Assembly (NCBI GenBank): GCA_037305845.1
Contig: CP147778.1
Span: 2,304,001 to 2,368,000 of the forward strand
DNA length: 64,000 nucleotides
Origin: Candidatus Freyarchaeum deiterrae
Lineage (GTDB): Archaea > Asgardarchaeota > Jordiarchaeia > Jordiarchaeales > Jordiarchaeaceae
Direction: 5' to 3'
In this document: piece after piece, positions 10,100-20,652 of the stretch
Numbering within the stretch: the first letter of the stretch is position 1
How the letters are laid out: every line of letters begins with the position of its first letter
The notes under the pieces: generated by a model
What the model saw: only the letters and a program-made list of their open reading frames with translations
What the model was told of the DNA's origin: nothing
The model's database searches: none
Translations under genes and position numbers: made by a program

Positions 10100-11878
10100 G
10101 TGAAAAAAATGTCACGATTAAAACCCCTAGACATTTACAACCTACTACCCAGAACTAACTGCAAAGTATGTGGCGAAGATACCTGCATGGCCTTCGTTTA
10201 CCTACTCATGAACCACGAAGCAGAACTAGAAGCCTGCAAGCCAATATTTGAACCCAAATACAAGCAAAGCTACACGAAACTCAGAGAAATTCTAACTGCT
10301 CCAGTGAGGGCTATTAAATTCGGAGAAGGCGAGCATGAGAAGGTAATAGGCGGAAAAGAAGTCATGAGGCGCCATGATCTTACATGGTACAATCCTACAG
10401 TATTAGCAATAGATGTCCACGATGAAATGGACGAGAAAGAACTAGCAAAACGAGTAGACCTAGTCACACACTGGGGAACCTTCTACATAGGACAAACACT
10501 CATGCTTGACGCAATTGCAATCAAATGCGTATCAGGTGACCCCAACAAATTCGCAAATACAGTGAAGGCAGTCATCAAGAACACCGACTGGCCCATAATC
10601 CTCTGCTCCTTAGACCCCGCATGCCTAAAAGCAGGAATAAAAGCCGCCGCTGGAAAGAAACCGCTACTTTACGCTGCCACAAAAGACAATTGGAAAGAAG
10701 TCGGAGAAATCGCAAGAAGCGAAAAACTCCCAGTAGTGGTAGCCGCACCAGGAGACTTAGATCAACTGAAAACTTTAGCAAAATCACTGCACGAAGCGGG
10801 AGTAGAAGAAATAGCCCTTGACCCAGGAACCTTCTGGGGAGAAGGATTATTCTCCGATACTGTAAACAACTTTACAATGCTGAGAAGAGCCGCAATAGAA
10901 AATAACGATAAAGCTGTGGGATGGCCACTAATAGGCGTTCCCGCTACAATCTGGATCGGCAAAGAAGGAGTCTCCGAAGGTGATAGACTAGCAACCGCTT
11001 TTCAGGAAACTATCATGTCTGCAGTATTAACTGCCAGATATGCCGACCTACTAATCATTCACTCAACAGAACTTTGGACATTCCTACCACTAGTGTTCCT
11101 TAAAAAGAACCTCTACGCAGACCCCCGAATACACCCTGCAGTTAAATCCGAAGTCATGTCAGTAGGGACACCAGACCAAAACAGTCCAGTAATGATAACA
11201 ACAAACTTCGCCCTAACAGCGTACACAGTAAAATCAGACCTAGAACAAGCCAAATTAAGCGCATGGCTCATAGTCATGGACACTGGCGGCATAGGAGTTG
11301 AGTCTTCGGCTGCTGGTGGTCAGTTTAATGCAAGTAAAGTGTCTGAGGCGATTCAGGAGTTTAAGGTTGGAGACAATGTTGCTCACAGGGCTTTAATTAT
11401 TCCAGGTATGGGTGCCAGGTTCAAAGGTGAGATTGAGGATCAATCCGGCTGGGATGTTTATGTTGGTCCCAGGGACTCCGGTGGTATCGGCGACTTTCTG
11501 AAGGAGAAATACAGAGCAGTGACGGGTCTTAAGTACGTGGGAGATCCAGGTAAGGACAGTCCAATGATTTTGACTACAAACAACATCAAGTCCTTCTACG
11601 AGGTTAAGAAGCCATTGCTGGATGCCAAAGCTTCGGCGTGGCTGGTTGTGGTGGACACCGAAGGTCTAGACGTAGCCTCTGCTGTGAAAGAGAAGAAGTT
11701 AGACGCTGCATCCGTGAAGAAAGTCATGGATGAAGGCACTGCTGACGAGCAGGTTACAAAGAAGGAACTAATAATTCCGCCTGCTGCAGAGTCGTTGAAG
11801 ACCAGCATTGAGAGCGCCACCAAGTGGAAAGTAAAAGTCGTCGCTCCAGAAAAACTTGCAGGAACAATAAAGAAATAA
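10100..11878 (+). CDS. cdhE: CODH/ACS gamma subunit (large corrinoid FeS subunit) with a duplicated C-terminal domain
   Basis: LPRTNCKVCGEDTCMAF FeS motif, SPVMITTNFALT and VYVGPRDS; extra C-terminal repeat. Confidence 0.95.
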   Translation: MKKMSRLKPLDIYNLLPRTNCKVCGEDTCMAFVYLLMNHEAELEACKPIFEPKYKQSYTKLREILTAPVRAIKFGEGEHEKVIGGKEVMRRHDLTWYNPTVLAIDVHDEMDEKELAKRVDLVTHWGTFYIGQTLMLDAIAIKCVSGDPNKFANTVKAVIKNTDWPIILCSLDPACLKAGIKAAAGKKPLLYAATKDNWKEVGEIARSEKLPVVVAAPGDLDQLKTLAKSLHEAGVEEIALDPGTFWGEGLFSDTVNNFTMLRRAAIENNDKAVGWPLIGVPATIWIGKEGVSEGDRLATAFQETIMSAVLTARYADLLIIHSTELWTFLPLVFLKKNLYADPRIHPAVKSEVMSVGTPDQNSPVMITTNFALTAYTVKSDLEQAKLSAWLIVMDTGGIGVESSAAGGQFNASKVSEAIQEFKVGDNVAHRALIIPGMGARFKGEIEDQSGWDVYVGPRDSGGIGDFLKEKYRAVTGLKYVGDPGKDSPMILTTNNIKSFYEVKKPLLDAKASAWLVVVDTEGLDVASAVKEKKLDAASVKKVMDEGTADEQVTKKELIIPPAAESLKTSIESATKWKVKVVAPEKLAGTIKK

Positions 11879-11880
11879 AC

Positions 11881-11918
11881 TCTCCCCCCTTCTTTCTTTA
11901 TTTTGTTTTTCTGTTTTA
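11881..11918 (+). terminator. Pyrimidine/oligo-T terminator of the cdh operon
   Basis: tctcccccttctttctttattttgtttttctgtttt after the cdhE stop. Confidence 0.5.
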
Positions 11919-12099
11919 GGTTTTGATTAGCTCGTTTTTTGAATGTTTTTTAAATAGTCATTATAACCTTTTGGGCTCATTTTGTAGATATTAGACAAAG
12001 TTGAAGAATTAATTGTTGGAGTCTTGGTTTAGCGTATTATTAGAACTGGGCAATATGCGTGTCTGCTTACTTTTTCTGAGACGCTGCCTATAGTGAGGA

Positions 12100-12552
12100 T
12101 TAAACTAGGTTTTTCATCATTTCAAATCCGTTGCGATTTTTTCCATAGTAATCTTTTAGTTCTCTATTTGTTTTGTATCCAAATTTTTGGTACAGGTTAA
12201 GAGCTGATGTGTTGTTAACCTCTACTTCAAGTATGGAAAGAGCTGCCCCCCTTTTTTTGAATTCGTTTTCCAATGTTTGAATCAGCTTTAAAGCTATGCC
12301 CCTCCTTCTGAATTCTGGTTTAACATCTAGAGTATATATTCTTCCAACGCTAAAGGAGTTTTGGAGGACGCCGGCTATGAATCCGACGATTTCGTCGCTT
12401 ATTTGGGCTTTGAGGAAAATGGAATTATGCTGAACTATTAAGAATTTTATGAATGATTTGGGAAACGCGTTTTCCTGAAAACACTCCATCTCAATTTTGT
12501 GTAAGGTGTCTAAATCCTTTACTTCCGCTTTTTCGATTAAAATTTCAGTCAT
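12100..12552 (-). CDS. RimI/Ard1-family GNAT N-acetyltransferase
   Basis: VKPEFRRRGIA, LEVEVNNTSALNLYQKFGY and YY motifs. Confidence 0.9.
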   Translation of the reverse strand: MTEILIEKAEVKDLDTLHKIEMECFQENAFPKSFIKFLIVQHNSIFLKAQISDEIVGFIAGVLQNSFSVGRIYTLDVKPEFRRRGIALKLIQTLENEFKKRGAALSILEVEVNNTSALNLYQKFGYKTNRELKDYYGKNRNGFEMMKNLV

Positions 12553-12826
12553 TAGCTAAACACTGCCCCACGGTACCCATTTTTTAAAACTTTCAAAATT
12601 GGATGTTGCTTGTTAAATTTCCGTTTTAGCGCAATCGACCTAACTACACAACTTGCAATGTAGACTCTTAGGCCTTCATACTTTTTTATTTATTTAAACT
12701 TATAATATTCTTCCTATTTAAGAGATAAATTTGTAAATACTTATTGTGTATTATCACAACATAATCAAAAGAATTATAAGCACCAACAACCTAAGTTATA
12801 AAAACGATGCATCTGAGGCCAAATAG

Positions 12827-13249
12827 TTGGGAAATTGGGAAGTTCAATTGAATTCACCAGCGGAAAGACTAGTATTTAATGATACTAGACGAGAAATAGG
12901 AAAAGAGATACTACGACTTAGTTTCCTTCAACATCTCGCTGAAGACGGAGAAATAATTAGAAGAGAAATGAGAGTCACAGACCCCGAAGGCAAAACTCGA
13001 TATTCGGACACCTTTCTAATAATAGACCTAAAAGACGAATCCGGAAGCTTTACTCTACTTTTTGAACACCATTCAAATTTGGGCATACGCATAGTGGGAG
13101 TTAAAAGCCGCCTTGGAAGAACGCAAAAGATAGTTGGACATCTTGAGGAAATCGCCAAAATTGAAAATCACAAAGAAATTAAAATTACACTTCCACCAAC
13201 TTATAGAATAAGCACTAGAACCATTAAAACCCCACAAATAGTCGATTAA
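12827..13249 (+). CDS. Hypothetical protein, paralogue of 14470-14856
   Basis: Aligns end to end with the 14470 ORF (PEGKTRYSD / PEGRGRYTD; GIRIVGV in both). Confidence 0.8.
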   Translation: MGNWEVQLNSPAERLVFNDTRREIGKEILRLSFLQHLAEDGEIIRREMRVTDPEGKTRYSDTFLIIDLKDESGSFTLLFEHHSNLGIRIVGVKSRLGRTQKIVGHLEEIAKIENHKEIKITLPPTYRISTRTIKTPQIVD

Positions 13250-13480
13250 CTCTTTCAATTACCCACTCATTTTTAGTCTTTACTCAGATAATTCAAAAAT
13301 TAAGAATTTTTAGAGAATAAATAATATTTCTAGTCCAAGAATTTCTTGCAAAATCTACCAATAAGTCTTGACACGATACAATCCTACTAGAAAAATTTGG
13401 AATTAAAATTAGAGGAAAAATTGATGAAACAAAAATTGAGTCAGCGGCTATTAGAAGCTCTCTCAGCGTAGGAACATATC

Positions 13481-14266
13481 CTATGATTCTAGTTTCGACT
13501 TAATGATTTGGGAAACCACTTGATATGCTGGGTCATCGTCCGGTAGTGTGAGTAACGATTTTCCCTGTAGATTATATTGCGCTAGTTGATCGTCTGGGGG
13601 AATGGTTGCAATGTATTCTAGGTTGTATTTTTTTGCTTGTTCTTTTACCGCGGGTTCAATATCTGGTGTTATCCTATTACCGACCAGGTATATGTGCTCA
13701 AAATTCGATTTAAGGGATTTCGCCAAATCTCTAATGTGGGCTGCGGTTTGGATTCCCATTCTTGAAGCGTCTGAAATTAAGAACATGTAATTTACATTCT
13801 TACTCGTTCTTCGACTTACATGTTCTAAACCTGCGGGTAGGTCTAACAGAGTGAATATGTAGTTTTTTGTTAGCGTATCCATAATCTTGGTTAGCAGATT
13901 ATTCACGCTACAGTAGCAACCCTCTCGCTCAGTTGTTCCCATAACCAATAAGTCAAAATCGTCGCCCTCATGCAGAACACTGAAAATTAGAGATTCTAGG
14001 TATTCCCCTTTATCAACTCCTGGAGCCATTTGACTCATCTTTCCTTTAAAATCTGCTACAACACTTCCTACAGTCTTTTTAACATTAACATCCAAAACTT
14101 GGGGCATATTGGAGTCAGCATCACCGTCGACAACCAAAATCTCCTTTCTGTTAGATTTTATTAGCGTTTTTAAGGCTAAAGCGAGAAAACTTGTTTTCCC
14201 GACTCCTCCTTTTCCGGATACTGCAATTATTTTATTTCCTTGCATAAGCACATCCCCGAATAACAT
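13481..14266 (-). CDS. cooC: CooC/AcsF nickel-insertion ATPase (start probably the second Met)
   Basis: SGKGGVGKTS, GCYC and AGLEHVSR. Confidence 0.92.
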   Translation of the reverse strand: MLFGDVLMQGNKIIAVSGKGGVGKTSFLALALKTLIKSNRKEILVVDGDADSNMPQVLDVNVKKTVGSVVADFKGKMSQMAPGVDKGEYLESLIFSVLHEGDDFDLLVMGTTEREGCYCSVNNLLTKIMDTLTKNYIFTLLDLPAGLEHVSRRTSKNVNYMFLISDASRMGIQTAAHIRDLAKSLKSNFEHIYLVGNRITPDIEPAVKEQAKKYNLEYIATIPPDDQLAQYNLQGKSLLTLPDDDPAYQVVSQIIKSKLES

Positions 14267-14469
14267 TTAACTTATCATGTTGCCGGTAAAGTGGAGGAAT
14301 AAATACTTTTTGTCTATAAAAAATACCTTATTTTCTTATCGAATTATCTTTGCTTACAAAAATATAATAGTATTAATTTCTAGTTATCTTGATACCAAAT
14401 TTTATTAGTGCGTTTACTCTTTAAATTCACTAGGAGTGGTGTCATTTTTACTCAGAAGGTGTAAGGCTA

Positions 14470-14856
14470 ATGTCTTCCTGGAAGGTGAAGATAGATTCTA
14501 TGGGAGAAACTCCTTATGAGTTTTTGGATTCTCGTCGAAAGACGGGTAAGGATGTTCTCAGGCCAGAGTTTTTACACGATTTGTCGCAAAAGGGGGAAGT
14601 AATAGAAGACGATTTGCATGTTGTGGGGCCAGAGGGAAGAGGAAGATACACCGATGCCTTTGTCATTATATCTCTCAGTGATAATAAGGGGGGGTTTATG
14701 TTGCTTATGGAGAATTACATGGTGGGCATAAGAATCGTTGGTGTTAGAGGTAGCATTGATATCTCCGAGAAGCTAATAGAACTTTTGCAAGACACTGTAA
14801 GGTATTCTCAGAACATTAAGGTAAGCATTATTACCCCTAAAGGCTATAAAATTTAA
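14470..14856 (+). CDS. Hypothetical protein, paralogue of 12827-13249
   Basis: Internal paralogy; RBS-like gaaggtg upstream. Confidence 0.8.
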   Translation: MSSWKVKIDSMGETPYEFLDSRRKTGKDVLRPEFLHDLSQKGEVIEDDLHVVGPEGRGRYTDAFVIISLSDNKGGFMLLMENYMVGIRIVGVRGSIDISEKLIELLQDTVRYSQNIKVSIITPKGYKI

Positions 14857-14882
14857 AAAGTAAAAGCTCAATAATCTGTTTT

Positions 14883-15659
14883 TCACTTTAACCATTTTAA
14901 ATTTTTGATTCCGGGTATTATTTCCTGGGCTCCGGTTATGTTTACTATTAAAGTGTTTGTTTGCGACGCTAGCCAACTTATTAAACTTTTAGCGTATTCT
15001 AGTTTTTTTCTTTTAGTTGGTGTTACCGATACATCTGTTTTGTAATTTGGTTTCGAGTATTTTCCAATGTACTCGCCAAAATCGAAACCCGCTAAAAGAA
15101 TTGTATGGGCTCCCATTGCGTCTGCTAGGAATATAGCTCGATCTCCGTCGGTGAATCCTGAAAAGTTGAATACGTGAGTTAACGGTTTTGTTTGTGTGGT
15201 GCCAATGAGAACCCCAGGCATATTTTTTACGAACTTTTTAAGCGCCGGAATATTGTCACCGTGTGCATGAACGACTAGGATAGCGCCCCTGCTATTCGCT
15301 AAAATTATATCTTTAATCTGCCCGTCGAGATCTGAAACAATTATTTCCGGAACCATATCTTCTCCAAGTAGCGCTGATGTTGCGCCATCTGCAGCTATCT
15401 GGCAGCATACTCTGTTTAAACCAACTCTTTTGATCTCAGAAATGTTTCTCTCTAAGGAAGGCCCACAACCGTAAACCAAAACACACTTGTTAAGAACTTT
15501 TTCTTTCAGAAGACTCAACTGCCTTTCTGGGTCTTGGTTTTCAAGCATTTTTTCCAAAATTTCTGCAGCTTCTGTATCCGCATCCCTACTGTACCCAAAA
15601 TCGTTTATGATTCTTTGATACCACGAATTCCACTCATTGAAGCTCAATTTCTTTGACAT
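14883..15659 (-). CDS. mptE: 6-hydroxymethyl-7,8-dihydropterin pyrophosphokinase
   Basis: AADGAT, VSDLDG, VHAHGDN, GFTDGDRA and KRKKL. Confidence 0.92.
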   Translation of the reverse strand: MSKKLSFNEWNSWYQRIINDFGYSRDADTEAAEILEKMLENQDPERQLSLLKEKVLNKCVLVYGCGPSLERNISEIKRVGLNRVCCQIAADGATSALLGEDMVPEIIVSDLDGQIKDIILANSRGAILVVHAHGDNIPALKKFVKNMPGVLIGTTQTKPLTHVFNFSGFTDGDRAIFLADAMGAHTILLAGFDFGEYIGKYSKPNYKTDVSVTPTKRKKLEYAKSLISWLASQTNTLIVNITGAQEIIPGIKNLKWLK

Positions 15660-17076
15660 CTTTGGGCTCCTTCTTTACAAGATCCATTGCCTCTTCGAAG
15701 CTAGGTAGCGAAGATCTTGCACCCAGCTCTCTGGTTGCTAGAGCAGCAGAAGCAGAGGCGAAACGTATACAATCCTTTAATTCCTCAAACCCTTTTTCCT
15801 GTAGTAAAGCGGCAATTAGACCAGCAGAAAAGGCGTCGCCGGCACCGATTTCGTCTACACTTTTAACGTCATAGGCATCTATATGGAAACTAAAATCCTT
15901 TGTGTATGTATCACACCCTTTCGTTCCTCTCGTGATTATGAAAATATCAGGCCCCTTTTCCAAAATTTCATTTAGGCTTTTAACACCCTTTTCTTTTAAA
16001 CTCTGCCAACCAGTATCGTTAATAATAAGAATGTTTGTATTTCTAAGTATCCCTTCTAGTTTTTCCAAACCCTGAACTAGGTAATGAATAGTTGGACGGT
16101 AGATGATTGTTTTTCCTAGGTTTTTACCGTATCCCGCAATTAATTCACTAATTTCAAGAAAGGTTTCACCTATGTAGAAAATCTCCGCGTCTTTCATTTG
16201 GTTCCAGTTGATTTCATCAGGGATTGTTATGGATAAAGCGGTGTCCTTTGTCGCATAAATGTACGTTCTTTTCTTTTGAACCTCTCCAGAAATAATGAAG
16301 CTTCTAGAAGTTCTCTTATCCCTATCGATAATAACACTAGAAACATCCACACCATCTTTAATGAATTCACTTAGCAACTGCCATCCAGCTCGGTCACCGC
16401 CCAGTTTTCCTATGAAGCTGGTTTTCACCCCCAGCTTTGAGAGAGCAACGGCAACATTGCCTCCCGAACCTCCAGGAAACTCGTGTAACTCATACAAAAG
16501 ATGTGAGCCCCCTGTTTCACCCTTTTCCTCCAGTAAAGAAGATGTGTCCAAGGCCACCGAACCGAATACAAGAGCACTGGGTATTTCCAATTTTGAAGAC
16601 TTTGATAGTTTTATTAAACCCTCACCCATAGACTTTGAGAAAATGCTCTCTAACCGACTGAAATCAAGTCCACTCTTCAAGCATAGTTCTACCGCATTAT
16701 CGAGATAAATACTGAAAAGTTCTTCCAACACTTCACCAAGATCAGTTGTAGACAACTTTCTTTCAAACATAAGCAGTATCCAGCGTCCCGTAGATGAAGG
16801 TTTATAAGCGATGATTCTACGTCCTCCCTCAATCTGGAATTCCTCTTTGATAACTTTCAATTCAATAAGAGTTTTCAGGTGTGCGATTACGGTCTTATTA
16901 GAATAATCAAGTTGCTGTATAATATCCTTTTGACGCACTGTTCCTTCATTTATTTTTTCCAGAATACTTATACTTATTGGAGAACCCAGAACTTCAGTAA
17001 GAAACTTCTTCAACACTTCAGGTTCCGCTGGAAGAAAAATTAGATACGGCCAAATCTCACCTTCAGGGCTACCCAT
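15634..17076 (-). CDS. Winged-HTH plus PfkB-family carbohydrate kinase fusion
   Basis: N-terminal HTH (QKDIIQQLDYSNKTVIAHLKTL); GGSGGNVAVALSKLG and DEIGAGDAFSAG signatures. Confidence 0.88.
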   Translation of the reverse strand: MGSPEGEIWPYLIFLPAEPEVLKKFLTEVLGSPISISILEKINEGTVRQKDIIQQLDYSNKTVIAHLKTLIELKVIKEEFQIEGGRRIIAYKPSSTGRWILLMFERKLSTTDLGEVLEELFSIYLDNAVELCLKSGLDFSRLESIFSKSMGEGLIKLSKSSKLEIPSALVFGSVALDTSSLLEEKGETGGSHLLYELHEFPGGSGGNVAVALSKLGVKTSFIGKLGGDRAGWQLLSEFIKDGVDVSSVIIDRDKRTSRSFIISGEVQKKRTYIYATKDTALSITIPDEINWNQMKDAEIFYIGETFLEISELIAGYGKNLGKTIIYRPTIHYLVQGLEKLEGILRNTNILIINDTGWQSLKEKGVKSLNEILEKGPDIFIITRGTKGCDTYTKDFSFHIDAYDVKSVDEIGAGDAFSAGLIAALLQEKGFEELKDCIRFASASAALATRELGARSSLPSFEEAMDLVKKEPKDVKEIELQ

Positions 17077-17492
17077 TAATCCTCCTCCTCCTCAATTTTT
17101 TCAATAAACATTAGAGGAAAATCCAACTCCGAAACAAAGGACATTCGCATATACACTCGAGTTTTACCATATTTTGATACCAGCTTAACTGAAAGATGTT
17201 TTCCCCCCACTTCACTATAATCATAAGGATGCGAACCTTCCTTGATTTCACTTAAATCGATTTTTATTTCAACCTTCTCAATATAGGGTTGGAGAGACAT
17301 GGATTTTTCTATCGCTTTTTCAAGCGCTGAAACAACCTTGGTATCTCTAGAAATAGGTGTCCCTACAAATTGATGATACGTAGCACCCATGGTTATAGCT
17401 CCCTCAAAAATAGCTCTATCCCTATCTGTCACATCCTTTCCAAAGTATCTCTTTGCCTTCGCTTCAAACTCTTCTATTCTCGGCATATGCAA
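17076..17492 (-). CDS. mptD: Archaeal dihydroneopterin aldolase
   Basis: RAIFEGAITMGATYHQFVGTP, SLQPY and FPLM. Confidence 0.9.
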   Translation of the reverse strand: MHMPRIEEFEAKAKRYFGKDVTDRDRAIFEGAITMGATYHQFVGTPISRDTKVVSALEKAIEKSMSLQPYIEKVEIKIDLSEIKEGSHPYDYSEVGGKHLSVKLVSKYGKTRVYMRMSFVSELDFPLMFIEKIEEEED

Positions 17493-17971
17493 TCATCCTT
17501 AAATTAACCAATTAGTAGTTTAACTCCAATTAAATGATTATTCATGAAAATCGGAATTCCTGATACAAGTTCTAATATTTTTCGTGTATTGCTTCATTAA
17601 TTTCTTTTCCCCGCTATTTAACTAATCCTCATTTTCTGCTCATTTTCACAAATAATTTGTATGAAAAATAACTAGAAAATCGGCTTGGATAAATATTTTC
17701 GAAATCAATTGAGTGAATTTTTTAGTTGATTCGGATTATATGCACTCAAATTGATAATGGGTTGGGCATATTTTTTAATCGATAAATGTTAATAACTCTC
17801 CAAAATATAGTTTTAACAGTGAATTTTGGGTCATTTTGAGACGATTTACATCCTGTATTGTAACAAAAATCTTGAAATAAAAAGTGGCTCGAAATTTATG
17901 GCATCTCTAGTTTGGAAGCTAACTCATCAAGTCTTGATTAAAATGTTTGAAAAAGGTATTGAGGGATTTAA

Positions 17972-19333
17972 TTGGCGGATTTAGAGGGGCTTGTAAAAAG
18001 GCTTTATGCCAAAAACTCTTCAAAAGAAGAAATCATTTCTCGCTTAGTTGATGAAATAAAAATATATAAGGATTTAACCGATGAGGAAGCCTCTGAACTA
18101 GCAAATGCAGTTTTCTCTGAAACTTGGGCTACTATTAATCAGAAAACCACAAAGGAAGTAGCCGATATACTAGATTATTCAAAGTGTGAGGCAACCATGC
18201 ATGATTTAGGCGTTGGTTGCCGTGGGGAGGGCGACTTCTTTGTTCATAGATTGCTTGCAAAATTAAGCGACGCAGGGATAAGTACTTTGTTAGGTCCTCG
18301 TTCACAGGATGATGCGGGGGCCGTTAAGGGTAGCCATGATGTAATTGTTGTTTCTGTTGATGGGACTCACTCCAGGCTCACTGAGTTTCCTTTTATTGCT
18401 GGTTTTCACGTAACCAGAGCAACCATGAGAGATGTTTATGTTAAAGGATCTAAACCCTTAGCGTTGCTTACAGATGTGCATCTTGCGGATGATGGTGATG
18501 TTGGAAAACTTTTCGACTTTATGGCGGGCATAAGAACGGTTTCCAAATTGACCGGTGTACCTTTAGTCACCGGCTCCACACTGAGAGTTGGAGGAGACAT
18601 GGTTATAGGAACCAGATTTGTTTCCTGCGTCGGTGCAGTAGGTGTTGTCAGAGAACCCCACCTTATTGCAGCGAGAACCAGAGTAACACCCGGAGATGAC
18701 ATAATTATGACCGAAGGTGCAGGAGGCGGAACGATAGCAACTACCGCTATTTATGGCGGAATGCCCGAAGTAATTATGGAAACTCTAAACATTCAATTCA
18801 TAAAGGCCTGTGAAACACTCATGAACAGAAACCTGTTTAGAAAGATACATGCCGCAACGGATTGGACTAACGGGGGATTAAGAGGAGACTGCAACGAAAT
18901 CTGCAAAACCGCTGGGGTAGGAATAAAAATCTTCGAGGAAAAGGTAGACTCACTAGTAAACCCCGTAGTGCTAAAAATGCTCCGCGACCTAAACATAGAC
19001 TATCTAGGAGTCTCAATCGACTCCCTACTAATTTTCAACCCACCCAAGTACTCGGAAGAAATTCTATCAGCATTAAGAGATGCGAAAATAAAATCTGACA
19101 TTATCGGTACAGTAGTTGAAAAACCGAAAAAAGCTGAATTAATATCCGACGGTAAAGCAAAATCGCTACAACCTCACTACAGAGAAGCTGCTTACACCAA
19201 AGTAAAAAAAATTGTTGGAGAAGAAACACCTCAAAACAAAGAAAAACTAATGAATAAAACAACACGAGCTGCAAAAGAAGCTATTGAAAAATCTGAAAGA
19301 ATAATAAAAATGATTAAGGCGCAAAAAAGCTAA
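17972..19333 (+). CDS. AIR synthase/PurM-superfamily protein (archaeal conserved family)
   Basis: GVGCRGEGDF, DDAGAV, VDGTHSRL and TDWTNGGLRGD. Confidence 0.85.
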   Translation: MADLEGLVKRLYAKNSSKEEIISRLVDEIKIYKDLTDEEASELANAVFSETWATINQKTTKEVADILDYSKCEATMHDLGVGCRGEGDFFVHRLLAKLSDAGISTLLGPRSQDDAGAVKGSHDVIVVSVDGTHSRLTEFPFIAGFHVTRATMRDVYVKGSKPLALLTDVHLADDGDVGKLFDFMAGIRTVSKLTGVPLVTGSTLRVGGDMVIGTRFVSCVGAVGVVREPHLIAARTRVTPGDDIIMTEGAGGGTIATTAIYGGMPEVIMETLNIQFIKACETLMNRNLFRKIHAATDWTNGGLRGDCNEICKTAGVGIKIFEEKVDSLVNPVVLKMLRDLNIDYLGVSIDSLLIFNPPKYSEEILSALRDAKIKSDIIGTVVEKPKKAELISDGKAKSLQPHYREAAYTKVKKIVGEETPQNKEKLMNKTTRAAKEAIEKSERIIKMIKAQKS

Positions 19334-19551
19334 ACTTCATCAAAAATCTCACGTCTTCCGCCTTTTTTTTAATTTATGTTCAACTAGGAAGTCGCTGAAA
19401 CTATTAGTTCGTCTTTTTTATTCTCCTTCTAAACTATCTCAGGGGATTCGGTTATAAACAAGAAATATAAAATGAGTTTTATTTGGGGAAACTAGTTGAA
19501 TCTAAAGTCGGTTTACAATACGCTGGGTATTTTACTCTTCACTTGGAGTTA

Positions 19552-20499
19552 CTAAGCATCGCTTATACCGTTTTCATCTATTGCAAACACTACTTCCGAT
19601 TCTGGGAGATAGGGGCTGTCCACAAGTCTCGCTATTCGCTGGGTACCTTTGCTTTTTCTAAGATATATTCTCGTGGTACAGTTGTGAGCTACTATGTGCC
19701 CGCCAACAGGAGTTGTCGGGTCTCCAAAGAATGTGTCTGGTTTTGACATGACCTGGTTTGTGACTACAACCGCGAGGTTGTATAGTTCCGATAACCTCAG
19801 CAATGTGTGAAGATGCTTGTTTAGTTTCTGTTGTCTTTCGGCGAGCATTCCTCTACCAATATATTCTGACCTAAAGTGCCCCACCATACTGTCTACGATA
19901 ATGAGTTTTATGTTTTTACCCTTCGTTATTAACCCGTCTATGTTTTGAGAAAGATACAACTGGTGATCCGAGTTATAAGCCCTCGCATAAACTACCTTCT
20001 TCAAAGCCTCCTTAGGGTCCATTTCGAGCTTGGTGGCGACTTGGACGATTCGTTCCGGCCTGAATGTTCCTTCAGTGTCGATATACACAGCTTCCCCGTT
20101 GAGTCCTCCTTTTTCTTCAGGTAACTGAACCATGACAGATATCTGGTGGCATATCTGAGTTTTGCCTGTTCTAAACTCTCCGAAAAACTCTGTGATGCCT
20201 CTTGTTTCTATACCTCCACCAAGTAGTTGGTCAAGGTTTTTGGTGCCAGTGGTAATCGTCGAGATTGCTTTTCTCTGCTCCAGAAACTCCTGAGCAGACA
20301 CGAACCCTATGTTCAGCATCTCTCGGGCGCCCTCAATTATTCTGCTAGCAGTTGCCTCTCCAATATCTGCTGCGGTGGCGAGTTCCTTAGGAGTAGCAAC
20401 AGCCACTGCTTCTGGGCTTCTATAACCCGCTTCAGTTAGTTTCTTTGCGATAGCAGGCCCAACTCCGGGAAGATCCTCTAAGTGAGCAGTTGATGTCAT
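19552..20499 (-). CDS. radA: DNA repair and recombination protein RadA
   Basis: HhH N-terminus, [21 protein letters not shown] and LAERQQKL. Confidence 0.97.
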   Translation of the reverse strand: MTSTAHLEDLPGVGPAIAKKLTEAGYRSPEAVAVATPKELATAADIGEATASRIIEGAREMLNIGFVSAQEFLEQRKAISTITTGTKNLDQLLGGGIETRGITEFFGEFRTGKTQICHQISVMVQLPEEKGGLNGEAVYIDTEGTFRPERIVQVATKLEMDPKEALKKVVYARAYNSDHQLYLSQNIDGLITKGKNIKLIIVDSMVGHFRSEYIGRGMLAERQQKLNKHLHTLLRLSELYNLAVVVTNQVMSKPDTFFGDPTTPVGGHIVAHNCTTRIYLRKSKGTQRIARLVDSPYLPESEVVFAIDENGISDA

Positions 20500-20652
20500 G
20501 TTTAAACCTCTATAATATTATAGTAGTTTTATCGTTGTAAAATATACAATAGGGGTATATTAATAGTTTGCATCCTTAGTACTTTAGGCACTGAGAGATT
20601 TGAAGTTTATTGATTAGTATTCTCTAAACGCTATTTAAGGGGCTCGAAGCAC

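Noticed and set aside
11520-11878. HgcA mercury methylase domain
   Set aside because: No N(V/I)WCA cysteine motif and no TM region
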